A stretch of 6,708 nucleotides of DNA from Candidatus Iainarchaeum sp. (GTDB taxonomy: Archaea; Iainarchaeota; Iainarchaeia; Iainarchaeales; 0-14-0-20-30-16). The position numbers and the translations under genes were made by a program. Within the stretch, counting starts at the first letter, position 1. Each line of letters begins with the position of its first letter. The DNA is taken from assembly GCA_903916665.1 (NCBI GenBank), contig CAIWXP010000128.1:1-6708 (forward strand), written 5' to 3'. The notes under the pieces are model-generated. The model saw nothing but the letters and a program-made list of their open reading frames with translations, was not told the origin of the DNA and made no database searches. Below, one piece after another: positions 1-4,360 of the stretch.

Positions 1-251
1 ATTAACTTTTTTTCAATTAGTTCAAATATTATTGCTAATATAATTAATGCGGGAAATACATATATCCAAGGAACAATCCAATTGGTTGGCCAAAAAGGTA
101 ATAATGAGATTATTGCAATAATTAAAAAGAAAAGTAAGCCCCAAATTAAACCATCAACAATGGCTTTAATTGTCCAATGTGTACCATCAATTTTATTTTT
201 TATTTCTTTAATCTTTGTTAATGTTTTTTTCTTTTTATAATTTGTATTCAT
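1..251 (-). CDS. Hypothetical small membrane protein with two predicted TM helices. Only the N-terminal 83 codons are present; the gene runs off the left edge.
   Basis: Not in the supplied ORF track because it is edge-truncated. Hand translation of the minus strand from the ATG at 251..249 gives MNTNYKKKKTLTKIKEIKNKIDGTHWTIKAIVDGLIWGLLFFLIIAIISLLPFWPTNWIVPWIYVFPALIILAIIFELIEKKL..., open to position 1. A Lys-rich N-terminus is followed by two ~20-aa hydrophobic segments. The ATG overlaps the TGA stop of the upstream adhesin gene (ATGA, 248-251). An SD-like AAGGA lies 6 nt upstream (minus strand, 258-262). I recognise no family. Confidence 0.5.
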   Translation of the reverse strand, partial: MNTNYKKKKTLTKIKEIKNKIDGTHWTIKAIVDGLIWGLLFFLIIAIISLLPFWPTNWIVPWIYVFPALIILAIIFELIEKKL

Positions 252-2383
252 ATCAATTCCTTTTTTCTTAATCCATATACTTTATATCCTGCGTATCCTA
301 TAATCATTAATACTAACATAATTATTCCTGGTAGTGTACTATTTCCCAATGTAAATAATCCAGTAGGAGTGGTTAATTTATTTGTATTAACATCTGTGTT
401 TGTATTTTGATTTGTATCAATATTAGGTTCTTCTTGTATCGGATTTTCTTTGATGATTTGTTTTACTTCTGGTTTTGGATTTTCAGTTTTAATTTTTGGG
501 GTTGTTTCATTTGTTATTGGTTCACAAGTTTTTTCCAAAGGTTCTAAATTTAATTGACCACATTGTTTTACAATAGTATAGGTTCTTGTTTCTTTTCCTG
601 CAACACAAGTACTCCAATCACCATAGGTTATTTGCTGAGTACAACTACTTCCTCCAGATCCTCCACTACCACTGCCGCCATGTGGAGGAGTTATTATTGT
701 ATTTGTATCTGGTGTTGAATTTGTATCAGGATTTGTGTTTGTATTAGTATCATTATTAATATCAATATTATTAGTATCTGGTATAATTGTATTTATATCA
801 TTATTATCCTGTAATTGAATGACTTGTATTAAAACTTGTTTTGAATCAAAAGCATTTTGATCATCATTTACAATAAAATTTATATTATAATCTCCAATTT
901 CTTCAGCCATTCCGTATATGTTTGCCGTACCATTATAATTATCAGTTAATAATAACCAACTAGGCAAACCTATCGTAGAAAAAGATAATATATTTGAATC
1001 GATATCTGTTGCAGTTATATTAAAATCAATAATTGTATTTTGGTCTATGTTTAAATCATTTATTTCAGATAATATTGGTGAATCATTAATTGGTAAAACA
1101 TTAATATCTATTTTTGCTGTTGCAGTTAAAGATCCATCACTTATTGTATAATTAAAAGAATCATTACCAAAGAAGTTTGGTTTTGGAGTATAGGTTATTG
1201 TACCATCATCATTTATTGTTGCAATTCCATTTGTAGGTTGTGTTATTTCTATTACATTTAATATATCATTTCCAGGGTCAGAATCATTTGCTAATGCATT
1301 AATAATTGCATTTGTATCTTCATCTATTTGAACAGAATCATCTTTTGCAATTGGAGCTAAATCAATTACATTTACCTGTGGTTGTATTTCAATAACATAT
1401 TTGGAATCAGTTCCAGTATAATTTGTGTAATTAATTTGACTTGAAACATTTATTTGTTTTAAATTATAATCATTAACCATAACATTAAAATCAATAGATT
1501 TATTTTCATTGTTATTCATTAATCCAGCGGTGCATGAAACTGTTTTAGTTTCTAAATTATAACTACAACTAGAAGGTAAATTAATTGGTTCAACACCAAT
1601 AGGTAAAACATCAATAATATTAATGTTTGATGCAACTAAATTATTAACATCGTCTGCAATATTTAAAAATATATTTTGTAAATCTGATGCACTAGGTGAA
1701 TAATATTCTTTTCCACCTGTAATATTTGCAATCTGTTTCATGAACTCAATATTTGCATCGGATCCCAAACTAATAGTATAAATAATTATTCCTTTTGCTT
1801 TTGCATCTATTGCTGCATTTATTGCATAATTTACATCTTTATAACAAGATACAGTATCTCCACAATAGGGTGATGTTGGTAAACCATCTGATAATAGTAT
1901 TTCTATTTTAATATTATTTGATATTATCAATTGACTATTAGATTTTGTTATTGCATCCCCGGTATTTGTTCCATTAATCTTACTTACTTTTATATTTGTT
2001 ACTTTAGTTTTTACACTATTAAAATCATTTGTTAAATTACTATCTAAATTAATTGATTTTGAATAACTTATTAATCCTACTCTATCATAATTAAAATCTA
2101 ATTGATCAATAAATATTTTGGCCGCATCGATTGCACTAGTTAATTTAGTGCCGTTCATACTTACTGATTTATCTAAAGTTAACATAACATCTAAATTTTG
2201 TCTAACCATTGTTGAACCAAAGGCATTTAAATCAAAAGTAATTGTTGCTATGCTTCCTTGGTTAATATCTGTAGGAAAAACAGATTTGTTTGCAATCAAT
2301 GTGGGTTCTGAAGAAACTGCAAATATTGCAGAACAAGAAGCAATCAATACAAAGATGGTTAAAATTAAATATAGTTTATTCAT
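248..2383 (-). CDS. Secreted, C-terminally membrane-anchored modular adhesin: vWA (MIDAS) + DUF11-like + two cadherin-like domains + 4-Cys module.
   Basis: 711-aa ORF from the track. It starts with a signal peptide (MNKLYLILTIFVLIASCSAIFA). vWA motifs are present: DxSxS 'DKSVS' (res 71-75, nt 2159-2173), 'GTNTGDAI' (138-145) and 'ILLSDG' (D166, nt 1886-1888). One cadherin/VCBS-type module reads 'APIAKDDSVQIDEDTNAIINALANDSDPGNDIL...DDGTITYTPKPNFFGNDSFNYTISDG...INDSP'. A second cadherin-like (He_PIG/CADG-type) module reads 'FNITATDIDSNILSFSTIGLPSWLLL...G...GDYNINFIVNDD'. The C-terminus is a TM helix plus a basic tail. An SD-like AGGT lies 5 nt upstream of the ATG (minus strand, 2389-2392). Confidence 0.9.
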   Translation of the reverse strand: MNKLYLILTIFVLIASCSAIFAVSSEPTLIANKSVFPTDINQGSIATITFDLNAFGSTMVRQNLDVMLTLDKSVSMNGTKLTSAIDAAKIFIDQLDFNYDRVGLISYSKSINLDSNLTNDFNSVKTKVTNIKVSKINGTNTGDAITKSNSQLIISNNIKIEILLSDGLPTSPYCGDTVSCYKDVNYAINAAIDAKAKGIIIYTISLGSDANIEFMKQIANITGGKEYYSPSASDLQNIFLNIADDVNNLVASNINIIDVLPIGVEPINLPSSCSYNLETKTVSCTAGLMNNNENKSIDFNVMVNDYNLKQINVSSQINYTNYTGTDSKYVIEIQPQVNVIDLAPIAKDDSVQIDEDTNAIINALANDSDPGNDILNVIEITQPTNGIATINDDGTITYTPKPNFFGNDSFNYTISDGSLTATAKIDINVLPINDSPILSEINDLNIDQNTIIDFNITATDIDSNILSFSTIGLPSWLLLTDNYNGTANIYGMAEEIGDYNINFIVNDDQNAFDSKQVLIQVIQLQDNNDINTIIPDTNNIDINNDTNTNTNPDTNSTPDTNTIITPPHGGSGSGGSGGSSCTQQITYGDWSTCVAGKETRTYTIVKQCGQLNLEPLEKTCEPITNETTPKIKTENPKPEVKQIIKENPIQEEPNIDTNQNTNTDVNTNKLTTPTGLFTLGNSTLPGIIMLVLMIIGYAGYKVYGLRKKELI
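251..367 (-). other. C-terminal membrane anchor and possible sorting signal of the adhesin (res 673-711).
   Basis: The sequence PTGLFTLGNSTLPGIIMLVLMIIGYAGYKVYGLRKKELI reads as a Pro-Gly motif (L684-P685-G686, nt 326-334), then a ~14-18 residue hydrophobic stretch, then the basic tail KVYGLRKK. This tripartite layout resembles PGF-CTERM or LPXTG-class sorting signals but matches neither consensus exactly. Confidence 0.5.
521..643 (-). other. Small 4-Cys module with a W-S-x-C motif (res 581-621), thrombospondin-type-1-repeat-like.
   Basis: The sequence is CTQQITYGDWSTCVAGKETRTYTIVKQCGQLNLEPLEKTCE, with spacing C-x11-C-x14-C-x11-C. 'WSTC' is followed by 'GKETRTYT'. The module is bracketed on both sides by low-complexity linkers, which suggests an independently folding unit. 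Confidence 0.4.
644..817 (-). repeat. Low-complexity Asn/Thr/Asp/Pro stalk with imperfect PDTN repeats, ending in a Gly/Ser linker (res 523-580).
   Basis: The protein reads QLQDNNDINTIIPDTNNIDINNDTNTNTNPDTNSTPDTNTIITPPHGGSGSGGSGGSS. At DNA level the plus strand shows recurring 'tttgtatc' and 'gtatttgt' units (about 690-800), and the G/S run is 'cctccagatcctccactaccactgccgcc' (651-679). A second, similar N/T/P/E-rich linker spans res 622-672 (nt 368-520). Confidence 0.7.
818..1087 (-). other. Cadherin-like module 2 (dystroglycan-type/He_PIG-like Ig fold), res 433-522.
   Basis: The segment NDSPILSEINDLNIDQNTIIDFNITATDIDSNILSFSTIGLPSWLLLTDNYNGTANIYGMAEEIGDYNINFIVNDDQNAFDSKQVLIQV fits the remembered pattern NDxP...f.v.AtD.D.d.L.fS...LP.wl......G...G.p....G.y.v.v.v.D. 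This is pattern recognition only. Confidence 0.55.
1088..1360 (-). other. Cadherin-like module 1 (bacterial cadherin/VCBS 'tandem-95'-type), res 342-432.
   Basis: The segment APIAKDDSVQIDEDTNAIINALANDSDPGNDILNVIEITQPTNGIATINDDGTITYTPKPNFFGNDSFNYTISDGSLTATAKIDINVLPI is a close match to the widespread motif P.A.dD...t.edt...i.vLaNDsDpdgD.L.v.....p.nGt..vn.dGt.tYtP..nf.G.DsFtYt.sDg...s..A.v.i.V. Confidence 0.65.
1364..1633 (-). other. C-terminal portion of a DUF11-like ('conserved repeat domain') beta-sandwich, res 251-340.
   Basis: The segment ASNINIIDVLPIGVEPINLPSSCSYNLETKTVSCTAGLMNNNENKSIDFNVMV fits the DUF11 pattern a.nv.v.D.LP.G...v......C.......v.C.lg.l......i.f.v.v. The matching N-terminal strands appear upstream of the vWA domain (res 31-57, nt 2213-2293). 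Confidence 0.5.
1649..2197 (-). other. von Willebrand factor A (vWA) domain with a complete MIDAS, res ~63-245.
   Basis: The domain shows NLDVMLTLDKSVSM (DxSxS), VGLISYS, GTNTGDAI, IEILLSDGLPT, KGIIIYTISLG and ...ITGGKEYYSPSASDLQNIF. This is the canonical order of vWA beta strands, and all MIDAS positions are present (D71, S73, S75, T139 or T141, D166). Confidence 0.85.
2318..2383 (-). other. Sec-type signal peptide of the adhesin (res 1-22).
   Basis: The sequence MNKLYLILTIFVLIASCSAIFA|VSSEP has a short polar N-region, a hydrophobic core and small residues (A-x-x-A) before a likely cleavage site. The cleavage position was not computed. Confidence 0.65.
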
Positions 2384-2418
2384 ATTATACCTTCTGAATA
2401 GTTAGATATACTAACATA

Positions 2419-2433
2419 TATATAAATTTACGG
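2419..2433 (-). promoter_or_regulatory. Candidate archaeal BRE/TATA element for the adhesin gene.
   Basis: The minus strand reads CCGTAAA-TTTATATA (TATA octamer = revcomp of 2419-2426). TTTATATA matches the archaeal TTTAWATA consensus and is preceded by a purine/A-rich BRE-like CGTAAA. Centred at ~2422, it would place the TSS near ~2396, leaving a ~13-nt leader that contains the AGGT SD. In such AT-rich DNA a chance match is quite possible. Confidence 0.35.
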
Positions 2434-2437
2434 GTTG

Positions 2438-2454
2438 TATATATTTAAAAATAC
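2438..2454 (+). promoter_or_regulatory. Candidate TATA-like element for the plus-strand kinase gene.
   Basis: The sequence is tatatatttaaaaatac and contains TTTAAAAA at 2444-2451. The expected TSS is near ~2474. That implies either an ~85-nt leader before ATG 2560 or a near-leaderless mRNA if GTG 2479 or ATG 2497 were the true start. Confidence 0.3.
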
Positions 2455-2547
2455 TACTATTTACTCAAATAGTTAATCGTGTTGGGCTGCATTGAAATGG
2501 CTTTGTTTTCCAAAGAGCTTTCAATGATTTCGAGAAAATATATTTTT

Positions 2548-2551
2548 GGAG
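2548..2551 (+). promoter_or_regulatory. Shine-Dalgarno-like GGAG upstream of the kinase start at 2560.
   Basis: The context is ttttGGAGatgatgttATG, an 8-nt spacer. It supports 2560 as the start. Confidence 0.5.
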
Positions 2552-2559
2552 ATGATGTT

Positions 2560-3084
2560 ATGAATATTTTGATTACTGGTATTCCTGCTGTAGGAAAAAC
2601 AACCATTGCAAAAGAGTTTGAGAAATTTGGTTTTAAAGTATATAATGACAAGGATTTTATAACAAAGAAGAATTCAGCAATTGTGAAGGAATATGCCCAT
2701 AAATTAAAGGATGTGGATCTATTGGGGTTTGCAAAAACAGTTAATTCAAAGTTTAAGGCAAAATCGAAAGCAAAAAATTTGGTTTTTGAAGGAATAATAT
2801 TTCCCTATTGTTTAAAGCAATTAGTTATAAAATTTGATTATATTTTTGTGTTATCGTTTCCTGAAAAGAAGCTTAGGTTGAGATATAAAACTAGAAAGTA
2901 TCCCGAAGCAAAGGTTTTGGACAATTTATTTGTACAAGAAAACAATTTAATTTACAAAAATATTTTGGCCAGTGTTAAAAAGAATGACATGCCCGTTATT
3001 GTTGAAGTACCATTATCAGGGAAGAAAGACTTAGACATAACTAAGATTATTGATGTTATTTTTTCTACATTTTCTTCTATATAA
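2560..3084 (+). CDS. Small P-loop NTPase / nucleoside-monophosphate-kinase-like protein (adenylate kinase isoenzyme-6/Fap7-like), 174 aa.
   Basis: The start MNILITGIPAVGKTTIAKEF has the beta1 strand followed immediately by Walker A GxxxxGKT (nt 2578-2601), as in small archaeal and eukaryotic AK6/Fap7-type kinases. The LID-like basic segment 'PEKKLRLRYKTRKYPEAKVLDNLFVQEN' resembles the L..RL..RgY...K..eN..aE motif of that family. The usual D-x-H after beta3 is not evident ('LVFEGIIF'), so the protein is divergent. The track ORF begins at GTG 2479. I prefer ATG 2560 because of the GGAG SD and the P-loop lying at the extreme N-terminus. The stop is TAA 3082-3084. Confidence 0.75.
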   Translation: MNILITGIPAVGKTTIAKEFEKFGFKVYNDKDFITKKNSAIVKEYAHKLKDVDLLGFAKTVNSKFKAKSKAKNLVFEGIIFPYCLKQLVIKFDYIFVLSFPEKKLRLRYKTRKYPEAKVLDNLFVQENNLIYKNILASVKKNDMPVIVEVPLSGKKDLDITKIIDVIFSTFSSI

Positions 3085-3107
3085 GGGTAAAGAATAAATA
3101 CATTGTG

Positions 3108-3128
3108 TTAATTATATATAATATATTT
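3108..3128 (+). promoter_or_regulatory. Candidate TATA-like promoter element for the 3158-6708 gene pair.
   Basis: The sequence ttaattatatataatatattt lies ~30-50 nt upstream of ATG 3158, in the 73-nt gap after the kinase stop. This is a compositional call only. Confidence 0.3.
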
Positions 3129-3146
3129 AGCAGATAATTGTAATTA

Positions 3147-3151
3147 AGGTG
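3147..3151 (+). promoter_or_regulatory. Shine-Dalgarno AGGTG for the 3158 gene.
   Basis: The context is taattaAGGTGtgatttATG, a 6-nt spacer. AGGTG matches the core of the GGAGGTGA anti-SD complement. Confidence 0.6.
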
Positions 3152-3157
3152 TGATTT

Positions 3158-4351
3158 ATGAATAAGTTCTTTATTTTTGGTTTTTTATTAGTTTTGTTAT
3201 TATCTTTTAGTTTTGCATTAACTTTTCCTGGAAAATCAATTAATTTTAAAGATTTTAACATGCCAACGATTTATGAAAAAGATACTTGCGTAACAATGAA
3301 TTTAACAAGCATTCAGAAAGATACATTAAAGAGCAACCCCGGAATATTAGGTTTATTATTACATATTAAAACCAGCGGACCAGATGATTTTGTTTATGTT
3401 CAATCAGATCTAGGAATAGTTAATTCAAGAAATATTTTTGGATTTAATATAAATTATAGAAATCTTATGTCTGATGCACAAAGTAATTATTTATTTATTA
3501 ATTTAGAAACAGTTAAAAAAGGAAATTTAGAATTATTTTTATGTGCGAGTAGTAAGGATAAGATTGAATTATTTGATGATTCTCAAATAGGATCCTATAG
3601 AATACCGTATTTTGGCGAAGATAATTTTACAAAAAGTTTTCAGAATTTAGGAAACTATAAAATAAATGAAAAAACTCCAGTGGAAGTTAAATTAACAAAT
3701 GCAGGATATAGCAATGCAGAAATATTTTTATTCTATGATAATGAATTATTTACAAATTGGTTTAAATTGAAAGATGGTACTCCTTCAATGACTAAAATAT
3801 TACCACCAACTGAAAGTGTTTCTTTGGAATATAATGTTGTGCCTTTAACAGGAAAATCATTTAGTGTTTCTCCTGCAGTGGTAAGATATTCAGTAAATGG
3901 TTATATTTTTAGTGATTATTCAAATGGATTAATATCCAATGCTAGAGCCTATTTGGATGAAATTTTTGTTAAAATGGATGTGTCATCAACTAATTTAGAT
4001 ATTAATAAAGAAGGCATAATAACAATAACTATTCAGAATGATAGTGATAAACCAAAAGCTGCTGTTTTATTAGTTTCCAATTTAGAATTATTTGGATTAG
4101 ATAATAGATATGAAATACAATTAGCTCCTATGGAAACAAAAATAATGACCTATAAAATTAGTTCTCCAAAAGAAGGAATGTTTACTTTTAATGTTTCACT
4201 AGTTGCAGGGGATGCAGAAAAAACAGAAAAAGAATATGCCTCTCAAACTGTTTATTTTGGTAAAGAATTAAATAATTATAATTATATTTATGTAATTGTT
4301 GCGGTTCTTTTAGTAATTGGGGTCGCAATTTATTATAAGTATTTATTATAG
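3158..4351 (+). CDS. Secreted, C-terminally TM-anchored protein with two tandem CARDB-like beta-sandwich units (hypothetical surface protein), 397 aa.
   Basis: It has a signal peptide (MNKFFIFGFLLVLLLSFSFA|LT) and a C-terminal TM helix YIYVIVAVLLVIGVAIYYKYLL (nt ~4280-4339) with almost no cytoplasmic tail. Unit A (res ~165-258, nt 3650-3931) reads 'PVEVKLTNAGYSNAEIFLFYDN...ILPPTESVSLEYNVVPLTGKSFSVSPAVVRYSVNG'. Unit B (res ~270-365, nt 3965-4252) reads 'GIITITIQNDSDKPKAAVLLVSN...IQLAPMETKIMTYKISSPKEGMFTFNVSLVAG'. Both follow the pattern v.v.i.N.G...a..v.l.......i.l.p.es..v.y.v.p...G.f.....v.y typical of CARDB/COG1361/TRAP-beta-like sandwiches. The N-terminal ~140 residues have no motif I recognise. 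The stop is TAG 4349-4351. Confidence 0.85.
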   Translation: MNKFFIFGFLLVLLLSFSFALTFPGKSINFKDFNMPTIYEKDTCVTMNLTSIQKDTLKSNPGILGLLLHIKTSGPDDFVYVQSDLGIVNSRNIFGFNINYRNLMSDAQSNYLFINLETVKKGNLELFLCASSKDKIELFDDSQIGSYRIPYFGEDNFTKSFQNLGNYKINEKTPVEVKLTNAGYSNAEIFLFYDNELFTNWFKLKDGTPSMTKILPPTESVSLEYNVVPLTGKSFSVSPAVVRYSVNGYIFSDYSNGLISNARAYLDEIFVKMDVSSTNLDINKEGIITITIQNDSDKPKAAVLLVSNLELFGLDNRYEIQLAPMETKIMTYKISSPKEGMFTFNVSLVAGDAEKTEKEYASQTVYFGKELNNYNYIYVIVAVLLVIGVAIYYKYLL

Positions 4352-4353
4352 GT
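4350..4353 (+). promoter_or_regulatory. SD-like AGGT for the S8 protease gene, overlapping the upstream stop codon.
   Basis: The context is ttatTAGGTatttattATG. AGGT shares two bases with the TAG stop of the upstream gene, and the spacer to ATG 4361 is 7 nt. The intergenic gap is only 9 nt, which implies co-transcription. Confidence 0.5.
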
Positions 4354-4360
4354 ATTTATT

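Noticed and set aside
248-250. Possibility of TGA recoding (code 4/25, as in some candidate-phylum bacteria), because the adhesin ends in TGA
   Set aside because: None of the roughly 2,100 codons in the five genes contains an in-frame TGA. The TGA falls right after a typical TM + basic-tail C-terminus. Read-through would add only about 10 residues before a TAA. TAA and TAG are also used as stops. The standard code fits.
359-373. 'TTPTG' near the adhesin C-terminus as a sortase LPXTG motif
   Set aside because: The sequence is T-T-P-T-G, with Pro directly before Thr-Gly. It therefore does not fit L-P-x-T-G. It is also separated from the TM helix by ~10 residues that contain a different Pro-Gly motif. 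I do not call it a sortase signal.
248-2383. High number of N-x-S/T sequons in the adhesin (19 by my hand count) as evidence for heavy N-glycosylation
   Set aside because: The protein is extremely Asn- and Ser/Thr-rich. A rough mental estimate from composition predicts a similar number by chance, so the count alone is not evidence of selection for glycosylation. Glycosylation remains possible but is not supported by the sequence alone.
2118-2405. 95-aa plus-strand ORF from the supplied track
   Set aside because: It lies almost entirely antisense to the 5' end of the strongly supported vWA adhesin gene, covering its signal peptide and MIDAS region. It has no recognisable motif and no SD-like element that I can see. 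Long antisense ORFs arise easily opposite AT-rich coding sequence. I treat it as spurious.
2479-2559. Longer kinase start (GTG 2479 or ATG 2497), adding 27 or 21 N-terminal residues (MLGCIEMALFSKELSMISRKYIFGDDV)
   Set aside because: Kinases of this fold normally begin with beta1 directly followed by the P-loop (MNILITGIPAVGKT), and ATG 2560 has a GGAG 8 nt upstream. The extension has no evident function. It is not fully excluded, because a TATA-like box at 2444-2451 would fit a near-leaderless transcript starting around 2474.
2457-2651. 64-aa minus-strand ORF from the supplied track
   Set aside because: It is antisense to the kinase start and Walker A region and overlaps the promoter region. 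It has no motif or RBS support and is most likely a shadow ORF.
3059-3064. T6 run near the end of the kinase gene as an archaeal oligo-T terminator
   Set aside because: It lies inside the coding sequence, upstream of the TAA at 3082-3084. In DNA this AT-rich, T-runs are frequent. There is no hairpin or downstream T-tract to support a terminator call.
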